From the human T2T-CHM13v2.0 reference genome, Homo sapiens, in contig CP068257.2 of the NCBI GenBank assembly GCA_009914755.4, positions 44,224,001 through 44,288,000 of the forward strand: a stretch of DNA of 64,000 nt, in the 5' to 3' direction. The stretch's first letter is position 1, and each line of letters opens with the position of its first letter. The notes below the pieces were generated by a model, which was given only the letters and a program-made list of their open reading frames with translations, did no database searches and was not told where the DNA came from. Position numbers and translations under genes: made by a program. Below, in pieces: positions 28,641 to 42,200 of this stretch.

Positions 28641-29994
28641 AGCTTGCAAAACGGTGGCAGTTCTCTGCTGTCTGCGTTTGTTGTGTGGCGTGAGAGTCCA
28701 TCCTGGTTTCGTGGCATTTTTCTCTGCATCCTTTTTATTGACAAGACGTTCCTGTCGTGAGTGGTTTTCCTCTGGCCTCTTCTGGGAGCTGGTGGATTTG
28801 CAAGTCACAGCCAGCCTTCGAAAGCAGGACTGTTGCCTGGTTCCCCAGTTGCCCTCCTGGAAAGCTCTACCCTGCTGGCCCTGGGCCTCGGAGGGGAGGG
28901 GAGCGCCTGGGGCGCCGCGGTCCTGACCCCACACAACTTCTTCTGCCATGGCCCAAACCCAGCCCTGTGCCGCCTCTGTGGGCCACAGGGACCCCCACAG
29001 CAGACCCCCAGCAAACCCTCAGTGACTGTCTGAATGAAAAACGCAGGAGTGGGTGGTGTGGGAGAAAATAGGATTACGATGCTTCTGAGTATTGAGTTTA
29101 GAAATCGCTGAATTTCAGAACGTTCCACGAGGCCGTGGAAATTGAGCTGGGCTCAGTGCTCATGGTGTGAATCTGTCTAATCCTTAAATACATACTGCGC
29201 CCCCTTGTGGGCCAAGAGTGGTGCTGGGAACTGGGGATTCAGTGGTGAACGGAGGAGACACGTGTGCCCTCTGCCCTCTCGGTGCCAGGGTGGCCCCAGG
29301 TGACTGCAGCAGGGCCAGGAGAGACGGGGTTGTAGGTACAGCCTGGTAGGCAATACCCTCCAGAAGAAGGTCCTGATAAGTGGGTGGGAGAACTCACCCT
29401 GTCCCTGCCACGGAAGCCAGGGAGCCAGCGGGAGGGCAGGGAGCAGTGACAAACAAGACCAAGGGGGTAGGTGCTGGGCTCTGGACGGGAGGCTCAGGGC
29501 CGGGGTTAAACAGCACAGCAGTGGGAAGGTACCTAGGGGCTTCAGCACGGGGTGAGTCCAAGCTTAGAAGCTCACTGGCAGCGTCAGGCAGCTCATGCCC
29601 AGCCAAGTGCTCCTGAGTGGACATGCCTGGGCCAGCTGCGGGCCACAGCTGTGGCTGCTTTCCTGGCTGGCCTTCATCAAGCTGAGCGAGTTCCCCTCTA
29701 TTCCTGTTTTTTTCTGAGCATTTTAATTTTTATCGTGAGTTGGTATGGAGTTTTGTGACAGGCTTTTCTGCATGCATTGATATGATTGTGTGCTTTCTTT
29801 AGTCTGTTAATAAGGTAGATTACACAGACAGATTTTCCAACCCTGAGCCAGCCTTGCATCACAGGAAGAATGGTTATAGCGTGTAATTCTTGTGGTATAT
29901 TGCTGAATTCTATGTGTTCATGTTTTTTGTGTGTGAAATGATTAAATCAAGCTAATTAACATATCCATCACCTCACATACCTTTGTTTGTGGTG

Positions 29995-30205
29995 AGGTTC
30001 GAGTGATCCTCCCACCTGTCTCCCAGGAGTTGAGACCACAGGTACACACCACCACACCCAACTAATTTTTTCAACATTTTGTAGAGATGGGGTCTATTTT
30101 GCCCAGGCTGGTCTTGAACTCCTAGACTCCAGTGACCTGCCTACCTCAGGCAACAGCCTAGGCAACATAGAGAGACCCCATCTCTATAAAGAATTTAAAA
30201 TCACT
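29995..30205. mobile_element. Two abutting Alu fragments in opposite orientations (inverted pair)
   Basis: 29995-30150 is an antisense Alu middle-to-5' portion ('gagtgatcctcccacct...gaccacaggtacacaccaccacacccaactaattttttcaacattttgtagagatggggtct...gcccaggctggtcttgaactcctagactccagtgacctgcctacctcagg'). 30151-30205 is a sense fragment ('caacagcctaggcaacatagagagaccccatctctataaa'). Confidence 0.6.
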
Positions 30206-32557
30206 CTCAGCAATTTTCAAGTATACATTGTTCTTACCCATAGTCACTGTGCCACACAGCAGCTCCCCAGCCTGTTTGACTCCCGTCTAACTGAACTTGT
30301 GCCAGTGACCAACAGCTCCCATTTCCCCCAACCCCCCGCAGTCCCCGACAGCCACCTCCCACCCTCTGCTTCTGTGAGATGCACTTTTTTAGATTCCACA
30401 TGTGAGATCATGCAGTATTTGTCTTTCTGTGCCCAGTTCATTTTACTTGTTATAATGTCCTCCAGGTTCATCCGCAGTGACACAGATGACATGGCTTCTT
30501 TCTGTGTGTATGTCTGTGTGTGACATTTTCTTTATCCGTTCGTCTCTCTATGAACACTTAGGCTGATTCCACCATATCTAGGCTGTTGTGAGTTGTGCCA
30601 CAATCAACACGGGCCTGCATGTGTCTCCTCACTATAGTGACTTTGGGTATATGCCCTGAAGTGAGACTGCTGGATCCTGTGGTGGTTCTATTTCTAGTTT
30701 TTTGAGGAACTTCCGTACCGTTCTCCATAATGACTGTACTAAGTTTCCCATCAGCACTGTACAAGGGTTCCCTTTTGTCCACCTCCTCACCAACACTTAG
30801 CTTTTGTCTTTTTGATAATAGCCATTCTAACAGGTATGAGCCGATATCCCATTGTGGTTTGAATTTGCATTTTTCTGGTGATTAGTGATGTTGTGCACTT
30901 TTTCATATACCTGTTAGCCATTTGTATGTCTCCTTCTGAGAAGCTTCCATTCCGTTTCTTTGCCATTTTTTTAAAATCTGGTATTTGTTTTCTTGCTATT
31001 GAGTTGTTTGAGTTCCTTACACATTTTGAGTATTAACTCCTTATCAGATGTTGTATGGTTTGCAGTTTTTTTTCCAGTTCCCTAGGTTGTCTCTTCACTC
31101 TGTTGTTTGCTGTGCAGAAGCTTTTCAGTTTGATATAATCCCATTTCTCTACTTTCTGCTTTTGTTGCCTGTACTTTGAGGGCCATATTTAAAAAAAAAT
31201 CATTAACTAAACCAGTGTCGTGGAATTTTTCCCTGTGTTTTTTCTTAGTGGTTTTGCAGTTGCAGATCTTACATTTAAGTCTTTAACCCATTTTGAGTTG
31301 ATTTTTATAGATGGTGTGAGATGAGGGTCTAATTTCATTCTTCTGCACAGGGACATCCAGTTTCCCCAACACCGTTTATTGAAGAAACTGTCCTTCCCCG
31401 TGTGTGTTCCTGGTGTCTTTATTGTAGATGGATTGGCTGCAGCTGCGGGGTTTCCTGCCAGGCTCTCCGCTCTCCTCCACCGGCCTGCATGTCGTTCTTA
31501 CACCAGCGCCAAGTTCTGGTCTTTAGTATTTCATTCCTCTGCTTACTTGGATTTATTTTGTTCTTCTTTTATTAGATTCTTAAAATGAGTGCTTAGATTA
31601 TTGATTGGAAGCTTTTCTCTCTTCAAATGTGTGTGTTTCGTGCCACAGGTTTCCCTCTCAGCACTGCTGTAGTTGTGTCCTGCGATTTTTGATATGCTGT
31701 GTTTTTATTTTCATTCAGGTCAATGTGTTTTTTGATGTTCCTTGAGATTCCCTCTTTGACCCTTGGATTGTTCATATATGTGTTTCATTTCCAAGTGCTT
31801 GGAACTTTTCTTGTTATCTTTCCATGATTGATTCTGGTTTGAGTCAGCTGTGGTCAGAGAACATACACTATGGTTTCAATTCTGTTAAATTTGCTGAGGT
31901 TTCTTTTATGGCCAAGGGTATGGTCTATCCTGGTATAGATTCTGTACATGCAGGAAGAGAGTGTGGATTCTGCTGATGCTGGACAGAGTGTTCCGGAAGT
32001 GTTCGTTAGGCCCCGTTGGTTAATGGTGTTGAGTCCTTCCAAATCCTTTGCTAATTCTCTGCCCAGTGGTTCTTTCAGTTGTTGACAGTAATAAAGTCTT
32101 CAGCTGTCGTTGTGGATTTTTATATTTTTCTTTTCACTACTATTAGTTTCTGCTTCACATATTTTACAGCTCTGTTATTTGATTCATACACATTTAGGAT
32201 TGCTATTGCTTATTTAGACTCTTTTATCATTATGTAATGTCCTTCTCTGTCTCTGATCATTTTCATTGCTCTGACGTCTATTTTTTCCGATATTAATATA
32301 GCCATTCCTGCTTTCTTTTGATTAATGGTTGCACGATACGCCTTTTCCCATTAGTTTATCTTCAGTTTGCTTATATTGTTCTATTTGAAGTGAGTTTTCT
32401 GTAGACAGCATATGATGGGGTCATATTTTTAAATCCACTCTGCCCATCTGTGCTTCAATTGGTGTATCTGGACCATTTATACTTAAAGTTATTACGGTAT
32501 TGAGATGTTAGGGCTTAAATCTGCCATTTCACCTTTTATTTATCTTTTGTATTTATT

Positions 32558-32850
<293 letters not shown>

Positions 32851-32994
32851 TAATTTTGTTGGCTTTGTTTTTTGTTTCTCTGGTTTTAGTTTTTTCTTTC
32901 TTCCTGTGAGTCAGTGTACATTTTTTTGGAATTTTATTTTATCAGTAGCATTTTAGAGTATATATCTGTATGGCTTTCTTTTTTAGTGCTTGCT

Positions 32995-33180
32995 GTAGGT
33001 AGTATATCATATATATACACACATACTGAATACTAAGTATATAGCATATATATACACACACAAATATATATATGTAGCACATGTATATACACATGTATAC
33101 ATACACATATATAACATACACATATGCAACATGCATGCACATCTAAATATACATATATGTCACGTGTGTGTGCATGTATA
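32995..33180. repeat. (TA)n/(CA)n/(TG)n-rich simple repeat
   Basis: 'atatatatacacacatactgaatactaagtatatagcatatatatacacacacaaatatatatatgtagcacatgtatatacacatgtatacatacacatatataacatacacatatgc...'. Confidence 0.8.
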
Positions 33181-33183
33181 ATG

Positions 33184-33387
33184 TTTGAGACAGGATCTTG
33201 CTCTGTTGCCCAGGCTGGAGTGCAGTGACACGATCATGGCTCACTGCAGCCTCGACTAACCAGGCTCCAGCCGTCCTCCCACCTCAGCCTCCCCAGTAGC
33301 TGGGACCACAGACAGGCACCACCACACCCAGCTAATTTTTTAAATTTTTTTGTAGAGACAGGGTTTTGCCATGTTGCCCAGGCATAT
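33184..33387 (-). mobile_element. Alu SINE (antisense), truncated
   Basis: 'tttgagacaggatcttgctctgttgcccaggctggagtgcagtgacacgatcatggctcactgcagcctcgac...cctcagcctccccagtagctgggaccacagacaggcaccaccacacccagctaattttttaaattttttt gtagagacagggttttgccatgttgcccagg'. Confidence 0.85.
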
Positions 33388-34676
33388 ATGTGTTACCAAT
33401 TCTACTGCTGTCAACATTTCACCAGTTGGAGGGAAGAAACTGTAACTTCCTTTATAATTTTTTTACTGTCCCTCATTTATGATGTAGTTGCTTTAAATAT
33501 TTCCTAAGCATTCTGTACATATCAGACAATGCTGTAATTTTTGCATCAGTCATCAATCATAGTTTAGAGGACTCGAGAGTGAAGCCTTTCTATGCACTCA
33601 CATGTTTGCCTACTATGTTCTTTCTTCCTTCCTGATATTCCAAGATTTCATCATTATTTCATTTCTGTTTAGAGGACTTAGGCCTTCTCCCAGCGTAGGC
33701 ACGCTGGCAGCAACTTCTCTTCATTTTCCTTCATCCCATAATGTCTTTATTCCTGATTATTTTCACTGGATATATCATTCCAGTTGGCACTTCTGTCCTT
33801 TTCAGCACTGAGCAGTTCGGGGCCACGTCCTCCTGGCCTCCGTGCTTCTCGCCTGAAATCCACGCCATCCGTTGTCTCCCTCCTGTAGCATGGGGTCATG
33901 TCCCTCTTGCTGCTTGCAAGAATTATTCTTTGCCTTTGGTTTTTAGACTCTTGACTACAATGTGTGTTTGTGTGGATTTCCTTGGATTTATCCTGTTTGG
34001 GGTTTACTCAGCTTCTCAAATATGTAGGTTTTTACTTTTTGCCAAATTTGGGAAGTTTTAGCCATTATTTTTTCAAGAGCCTTTATCCCCATCCCCTTTG
34101 TTCTCTTTTTCTGGTACCCTAAGGACATGAATGTTAGGTCCTCCCCATGTCCCACAGGTCTCAGGGGCCCCATCTGTGTGTCTTCGGTCTGTGTTCTCCC
34201 TCTTGTTGGGACGGGGTACTTTCTGTTGTTTTTTCTCACAGCTCCCTGCTTCTCTCCCCTGACTCTTTCACTCTGTTATGGTTCTTTCTAGTTCTGTCGT
34301 TCCCTTTCAGTTGCCTGCATCTCCCATTAGCTTGGTGGGAACTGGCTTCTCTGTGGAGGTATTCTATTCTGTTTTCTCATTTGTTTAAAGAGTGTTCCTG
34401 CTTGTTTGCTGAAGCATTTTTATGAAGGCTGCTTTCACTTCTTTGTCAGAGGATTCCGACAGCTCTGTCATCCTGGGGCTGACACTGTCTTTCATTCAGT
34501 TTGAGATCTTTTGGGTTCTTTGTATAACAGGTGATTTTCTTTTTGAAATCTGGACCTTCTGGATATTACGTTATGAGACTCTGGTTATATAAACCTTCTG
34601 TTTAGCTGGCTGCCTCTGATACTTCTCCAGCAGGGGAAACAAGAAGTGAAAGTCCAGGCTTTCCACTCGGCCTCTG

Positions 34677-35200
34677 CTGGTACCAAGGGCAGAGGACGTG
34701 GTGAGGTGTGGAGGAGGCCTCATTGCCGCTGGTACCAAGGGCAGAGGACATGGTGAGGTGTGGAGGAGGCCTCGTTGCCGCGGGTGCCAAGGGCAGAGGA
34801 TGTGGTGAGGTGTGGAGGCCTCATTGCTGCGGGTGCCAAGGGCAGAGGACGTGGTGAGGTGTGGAGGAGGCCTCATTGCCGCGGGTGCCAAGGGCAGAGG
34901 ACGTGGTGAGGTGTGGAGGCCTCATTGCCGCGGGTGCCAAGGGCAGAGGATGTGGTGAGGTGTGGAGGCCTCATTGCTGCGGGTGCCAAGGGCAGAGGAT
35001 GTGGTGAGGTGTGGAGGAGGCCTCATTGCCGCGGGTGCCAAGGGCAGAGGACGTGGTAAGGTGTGGAGGAGGCCTCATTGCCTCTGGTACCAAGGGCAGA
35101 GGACGTGGTGAGGTGTGGAGGAGGCCTCATTGCCGCTGGTACCAAGGGCAGAGGACGTGGTGAGGTGTGGAGGAGGCCTCATTGCCGCTGGGCAAGGGTG
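34677..35200. repeat. 52-bp minisatellite, ~10 copies, seeded at the L1 boundary
   Basis: Unit 'tggtaccaagggcagaggacgtggtgaggtgtggaggaggcctcattgccgc' (49-bp variants lack 'gag'). The first unit is continuous with the flanking L1-derived sequence '...cctctgctggtaccaagggcagagg'. The ORFs 34571-34891(-) and 34602-34790(-) are artefacts. Confidence 0.9.
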
Positions 35201-37232
35201 GGAGCTCTGGGGCCCTGGAGGCCTGTGCAGAAACCTCCCTGCTCAGAGGAGGGGGCTCCCTCATTACTGACCCCGCATTGCCTCCACTGACACCAGGGGG
35301 CAAGGACTCACCACCTGTGGAGATGAGAGCCTCTGTCCCTGCTCAGCCTGCTCTGAAGCCACCCCCGCATGGGGTTCGGGAGCCTCTTGACAGCCTGGTG
35401 AGGGCGGAGGTCTAGGCTCTGTACGCGGCCTTTGCTGCGTGGGTGGGGAAGGGCACCGTGTCCTCCGTGGTGCCTGGTGGAATAAAGGAGCTGCTGCTCA
35501 ACATTTCCAGCCTCACTGTGCTGTCCCTTCACTGACCCTTCGGCTGCAGAAAGCAGACTTTTGTTGAGGCCCTTTTCTTGTCTGTGCCTGTTGGCATTTC
35601 CGGCTTGCCAGCTTTTCCACTTCCAAGTCTGAGAGACATAGAGAAAGCCCAGGGGTTCACCACCACGCTGTTCCCTGTGTGCCCTGGTCCCTGGCTAGTC
35701 TGCCTTTCCTACGCATTTCAGTCTTCTTGTGTTTGTTGTGGATACAATATCCAGGCTGTTTTGTTGTTTTTAGCAGGAAGGATTGGGAAGCACTGTGTGC
35801 TCCATTTCCCAGAAGCAGCAGCCTTGCCACTCCTTTTGTGCATGTGGCATCTGAGAGCACAGATGCCGGAGCTGCTGGGGCTGCGCCAGCTTTGCCCTGC
35901 TCAGCTGCGTCACCAGAGCAGGCCCTCCAGCCTCTCCAGCATCAGTCCTTCCATCTGTAAGACAGGGTGATGGTGGCTCCACACCTCATTCAGTTGGAGG
36001 GACAAGTAAAGGCATCAGCAGACACCAGCTGCTGAGGACAGGCCCAGCCAGAAGCAGACAGGAGCTCTGTGGCATGGGGGACACTGTCACCAGTGGCCTC
36101 GTTCCCCAGCTGTGCACACGTTGGTGTTGGTTTCCACTGGGCACCCAGGCAAACAGCGTCGCCATTCCGGGCACCTACTTTTTGAATGTCTGTGCCTTTT
36201 GTGGGAGAAGAGATTTCTGCAAACGTAATTTCTAGTTTAAAGTTGGCAAGCATTTTAGACTATTGGTGCATCCTGCCAGGTCGCCCTTTATAGAGGCTGC
36301 AACTACTACGCACTCCCTAAGCTTCCCGGAGAGCCCTGGCTTCGTGACGACCTCACTGTTGTCACAGCTGCTCTTATCAATAGATGTCTAGTACCAGCCC
36401 ACGGCGAAGAGAGACGAGCCAGACTCTGGAAGGTTGGGCCGCCTTTCCCTGACCTGCCCTTGCAGCTGTGCTTGCAGCTCTGTCCTCCGGGGATGGCCCT
36501 GCATCGCTGCTGACCCATGGGCATTTCCGGAGGGGGCTAACGGTTCTCAGGGTCTCTCCTCAGGAGCACTGGGGTCCTCACACTCTGCTGGGTACCTGTC
36601 CTGGCCGTGTACGAATCCCAGGGAGGCCGCACAGGGCAGGGGGGTCTGCCCTAGCTGAGCCCTGCTCTGAGCCGGGCCCTCCTCCTGCTCCTGCAGCTCT
36701 TGAGTGTCACCTGTTTCTGTTACTGTAATAATGACATCTCCTTTCTTGGGAAGGCACCTTGCTTACCTGTTTTTCTTCAAGGATAGCACAGAGCCTAAAG
36801 CTTAGTGACTGCCTAGGAAATATTTGTTAAAATAATCAAGTTATTAATTAATAACTGGCGTTACCTCCAGGGTGGATTTCAGTCTGCTCCTTGCATTTAT
36901 GGGTGCCCGCGGGTGGGAACCGGGGCTAGAGCAGCTCACCCTGCTCCTGTAGTCCCACCTCCCACGCCACAGCAGGGTGAACTGGCCCCTCACTCACCTG
37001 GGTCTCCCAGCCGGGGCCACCCACACGCCACCGCACACAGCACCTTCCCCACGGCAGATGCCTGCTCCGGGGCAGGGCCCTGCTCCACAGCGACACAGCA
37101 CGTGATACCACAGGCAGCTATCCTCCCGCCAGCCTCCTGTGTGCAGCTTCAGTGCTTTTAGACCCGCAATTGGAGCTGAATTCTTAAATCCCTGGTGGGT
37201 TTTGAGTGAAGCTGAAATGAATAAACATGTTC

Positions 37233-37490
37233 CACACGTGGACAGTATCTATACATGGAATGATTATAAAGTTTGCACATCAAATCACACGTGGACAGTA
37301 TCTACATGGAATGATTGTAAGGTTTCCACCTTAAACACACGTGGACAGTATCTATACATGGAACGATTATAAAGTTTGCACATTAAATCACACATGGACA
37401 GTATCTACATGGAATGATTGTAAGGTTTGCACATTAAACACACGTGGACAGTATCTATACATGGAATTATTAGAAAGTTTGCACATTAAA
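37233..37490. repeat. ~55-bp tandem repeat, ~4.5 copies
   Basis: 'cacacgtggacagtatctatacatggaatgattataaagtttgcacatcaaat' repeated with small indels. Confidence 0.85.
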
Positions 37491-38794
37491 TAGCCCTTGT
37501 ATGTTAGCTTCCTAAATACACCTTTATGGGCTCAATACCACTTTGCCATAAGCAAGTAAGTAAAGAAAGGAATCTTTCGTTCTGGCCCGTGCACTGTTGC
37601 ATGACTGGAGCTGTGTTGATGCCCTCATCCTGGGTCTGTTTCGTCTGTGGAGACAAAGAGCGATGTGTGTGGGAGTGGGGGTTCAGGCAGGAGCGCTCAC
37701 AGGGGCTTCAGAGACGGTGGAGTGGAGAGAGGAGCTGTTAAATGTAAGTGCCCCGAGCTGCCGTCAGCAGCTGCATGCGGGCCAGCAGCCTCTGATTTGC
37801 CTTCCTCCGACTGCAAAAGTCGTTAAATCACATCAAGCCTGGGGCCTGCTTAGAAGCTGTCAGGACCGTCTTCTCTACTGTTCCCCTGATGCCTCCATTG
37901 TGAAGACCCAGCCCAGCTCTGAATGCAGGGACAGCACCTGTGCTTCCTGGCAGATGCAGCTCAGAGCAGGAAACCTGGTCTCCACCTTGGGCAGACAGCA
38001 ACGGTGCAGGCAGTGTGGTTGCCTGGCACCCCTTCCTCCCCTCCTCATGGCCAGGGCCACGGCCAGCCTCCTCCTCCCTTCTTCTGCAGCCCGCCCTTGG
38101 GAAAGGATGCTGTGGAGTTAGAGGCGGGGAGCTTCAGGCCTGGCTGCGTCTTTCCCTAGCTTGGGGACCTTTGAACAATTCCCGAGTCTCCCTGCCATGG
38201 CTCTTGTGGCAGTACATTGCGGTGGCTACAGATGTTTGTTGCCGTGAGTGCTGCTCAGCCCTCACGTGCTTGTCCATCTGCCTGTGGCACTGGCATCCAG
38301 GGAACAGCTTTCAAGTACATGGAGATTTCACCTGCAGCTTCTGATCCCCCCAGATTCTCTCCAGTGTGACTTTAAGGAAAAGATACTTATGAAAACCAAA
38401 GGGAGCTTTTAGAAGTCAGCGTAGCTCCGAGACGGAGGCCTGTTTCTGCTCTGTCTTGGAGCTGACAGTGGCTCCAGCCAATGACCCCATTCCTCCAGTA
38501 GCCCTCAGTAAGGAGTGCTGTGTCCCTGACCTCAGTACTTGGCCCACGCCAGGGGCTGGGACTGCATCTGTCACTGCCAGGGTGGGAGACGTGGCCTCGC
38601 AGCTGTCTAAGGGGCAGTTTCCAGCAGCTACTCTGCTGCGGGAGAGAATGGAGCAGACAGGTCATGAGGCCAGCATGAGAGCATGGGGAGGGGTTCTGCC
38701 TGGCCACACCCTGCAACTAGACAACACTGCACGCCCGCTGGGCAGCACAGAAAAGGCTGAACAGACCAGCTGTTGGCGGGGCCGTGGAGGAGCT

Positions 38795-39635
38795 GCAGCT
38801 CTGTGCGCAGCTGAGGGAAATGTGGATAACAGAACCTGGAACTCGGTGCACTTAGGGGGATGTGGATAATACAACCTGAAACCCTGCGCTGCTGAGGGGA
38901 ATGTAGATAATAGAACCTGGAACTCTGTGCACTGCTCAGGGGAATGTGGATAATAGAACCTGGAACTCTGCACAGCTGAGGGGAATGTAGATAATAGAAC
39001 CTGGAACTCTGCACTGCTGAGGGGAATGTAGATAACAGAACCTGGAACTCCGCATTGCTGAGGGGAATGTAGATAATAGAACCTGGAACTCTGTGCACTG
39101 CTGAGGGGAATATAGATAATAGAACCTAGAACTCTGCATTGCTGAGGGGAATATAGATAATAGAACCTGGAACTCTGTGCACTGCTGAGGGGAAGGTAGA
39201 TAATAGAACCTGGAACTCTGTGCATTACTGATGGGAATGTAGATAATAGAACCTGGAACTCTGTGCGCTGCTGAGAGGAATGTAGATAATAGAACCTGGA
39301 ACTCTGCACTGCTGCAGGGAATGTAGATAATAGAACTTGGAACTCTGTGCACTGCTGAGGGGAATGTAGATAATAGAACCTGGAACTCTGTGCACTCCTG
39401 AGGGGAATGTAGATAATAGAACCTGGAACTCTGCACTGCTGAGGGGAATGGAGATAATAGAACCTGGAACTCTGTGCATTGCTGAGGGGAATGTAGATAA
39501 TAGAACCAGGAACTCTGCATTGCTGAGGGGAATGTAGATAATAGAACCTGGAACTTTGTTCACTGCTGAAGGGAATGTAGATAATAGAACCTGGAACTCT
39601 GTGCACTGCTGAGGGGAATGTAGATAGTGGAACCG
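38795..39635. repeat. 43-bp minisatellite, ~20 copies
   Basis: Unit 'aatgtagataatagaacctggaactctgtgcactgctgagggg' (40-bp variants lack 'gtg'). Source of the periodic minus-strand ORFs 38662-39606 (314 aa), 38936-39520, 39225-39674 and 38628-39098. Confidence 0.9.
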
Positions 39636-40899
39636 CCGTGCCGCGGTCTTGAACAGTTTCTTAGGAAGTTCCACGTGCTGCTTCCGCAGGATCCAACCGT
39701 TGTGCTCCTAGGTGGTACCTGCAGGAAATGGAAGTGCTTCCATGAGAAGAACTGTGCACAAATGTCTAAAGCAGCTTTACTCGTGTATCCCGCCTTGCAT
39801 ACAGCTCGAATGTTCTTCACTGGTTGAGTGGAAGAGCCAGTGGTGGTTTTTTCCCACGGTGGAATTCTAAACAGAAAAGAACTGTTTATATGCTCAGCAG
39901 CGTGGATACATCTTCTATAAATACTAAGAGAAGCCAGACACAAAAGAATACTTACGACATGATTCCCTTTGTGTCGACTTCTGAAAGTCCAGGAGTCTAT
40001 AGTGACCGCAAGTGGGCACCTGTCGGCGGGCAGTGGCGGGTGGAGTGGGAGCACGGACCACAGGGGACCAAGGACTGCAGGTTCCTGTGAGCCACTGTGG
40101 GACACCCCAGGGGTATACACGGGCAAGATTGTCACACTGTAGACTTGAAGTATGTGCAGCCTATTAACCATCAATGATACCTTTAAAAGGCCATGACACC
40201 ACATTACACACGCAAGGTTAAACGGTGAGTCGGTCTGTGCCACTGCACGGGGCCATCAGAGCTCTCTCTGAGCGCCTCCTCCCCTGGCCCGGCCCCTTCT
40301 CCTGCACAGCCCCGGGGCCTCTGCGCCCCTTTGACCTCAGCCTCCTGGGCTGTCTCAATTGCCCTGTGCCTGTCACCCAGTGGGAGCAGCCCCTGAGTCA
40401 GGACGTCCACACAGCCTGCCTTCCACAGAGCACCACCGGCCTAAAATCACCACAGGGTCAGAATCTAATGTAAGGGGGGTTTATTCAAAGGCAGCTGGAG
40501 GCTGGCCCACCCGGAAACACCAGCTCCAGAGAAATGGAGTCCGCCCTCGGGAGTAGGGAGGGGAAGGGTGCCCTCGGGCAGGCAGAGGCGGAGGCTTTTA
40601 GCAGGACCACGGTGTCCTTCCCACGAGGTGGGCGCTGTCACAGCGTTTGATGGGTGACAGACAGTGCCTGCTTCAGGGAAGGGTGCATTTAACCTGTCAG
40701 AGGGTGCGGCAGTCACCGTTTCCTGTCTTCTGGTCCTTGCTTATCAGGACAAAGGGGAAGTTCCTCTACAAGGGTCATGAACTAAGAAGGCAGGAGGTTT
40801 CTGCCCCTGGCATTGGTTAATTCCCTCCAGTCATCGTGCAGAACAAGGAAACAGAGTGCATTAGTCCCTGGCCTGAGAAAGGGGAGCTGCAAGTGCACG

Positions 40900-41025
40900 T
40901 GAGGGGCGCAGTCCCGTCTCTGACGGGGCGTGGGGGGCGCGGTCCCGTCTCTGACGGGGCGTGGGGGGGGGGGCGGTCCCGTCTCTCACGGGGCGTGGGG
41001 GGCGCGGTCCCGTCTCTCGTGGGGC
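40900..41025. repeat. ~32-bp G-rich tandem repeat, 4 copies
   Basis: 'ggggcgcagtcccgtctctgacggggcgtgg' x4, with G6-G11 runs. Confidence 0.8.
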
Positions 41026-41394
41026 TTCATGTACCAGACCATGTTCATGTTCACACCTGGGAGGAGGGGAAGCAGGCATGGTCTGTGCGGCAGGTCCAGC
41101 CAACCCACAGGGCCTTGGATGAGTCTCTGCAGCTGAGGCTGGCACTGCCAGGGCTGACCCCAAGGCTGTGGCTAAATTGGGCTCCCAGCACTGGCCCTGT
41201 GTCCTCCGTGAGGAGATCTGCACCCCAGGTCTATGCATGGACTGTCCCCACCCCCAGGCCCCAAGCTCAGCTCCCTTCAACCTGTGTGTCCTCAGGGCAC
41301 CTTCACTCCATCCACCTGGGTCTCCCCATCTTAGTGACCGTCTCCACTGTGGGTGCCAGGACCCTCTCTACTTCCATAGCTATGCGTCAGGGCC

Positions 41395-41500
41395 ACTGTG
41401 TGAGCTGGAAATCAGCGCAGGGAACTCTGGAGAGGGGAGGGAGTCCTGGGGAGGGGAGGGAGTGCTGGAGAGGGGAGGGAGTCCTGGAGAGGGGAGCCGA
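41395..41500. repeat. 21-bp G-rich tandem repeat, ~5 copies
   Basis: 'ggagaggggagggagtcctgg' repeated. Confidence 0.8.
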
Positions 41501-42039
41501 TATTAACAGGGAAGCCCCATGAGGAGGGACCATGATGGAGCGAGGACTGAGTGCAGGAAGGAGGGTGTTCTAGGCCCGGGCAGAGAGGGGAGTCTCTAGG
41601 GAGGAGAAGTGCCGGGGGCTTTTACCCTCAGGGCCTATGGCAGTTGTGGGGTGATGGATGAGGCCTTAGACTAAACTCTGAGAGAATGGGATGTGGAGAG
41701 TTGTCTTGAGCAGGGAGGGAGTGGGGAGGAGGGAGGGGGCTCTGTGTTGCTGGTTGGAGGCATCCCTGGCACCTGTCACAGCAGGGGCTGGAGGGTGGGG
41801 CAGGAGCTGGGGGCAGTGGGGGTGGAAGAGGATGCAGAAAAGCTCAGATTGTGCCTCACATGGTGGGTGGGGCTGCTGGGCTTGTTAATGCATGGGATGG
41901 GGTGGGTCAGGAGTCGTGCTGGTCACATATGTCAGATGTGGGTGTCTGAAATCCCCGTGGCCACAGCTGTAGGCTGCATCCCCTGGGAGCTGGGGTGCAG
42001 AGTGTGTTCTGGCCTGAGGCACATCTGCAGATGGTGGTC

Positions 42040-42200
42040 CACAGACCCCCTGGGCAAGTGCAGACAGTGGGGAGGAGGTGGGGGCCCCGGGTACAGACGG
42101 GGGGCAGGGGGAGGCAGGAGGGGACCCTGGGTATAGACAGGAAGGGAGGCAGGTGAGGGCCCCGGGTGCAGACGGGGGGTGGGGATGAGGTGGGTGGGGA
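42040..42200. repeat. ~41-bp G-rich imperfect tandem repeat, ~4 copies
   Basis: 'gggggccccgggtacagacggggggcagggggaggcaggag' repeated with variants. Confidence 0.7.

Noticed and set aside
38628-39674. Minus-strand ORFs up to 314 aa with repeating 'QSSRFYYLHSPQQCTEFQVLLSTFPSA' motifs
   Set aside because: Translation of the 43-bp minisatellite at 38795-39635.
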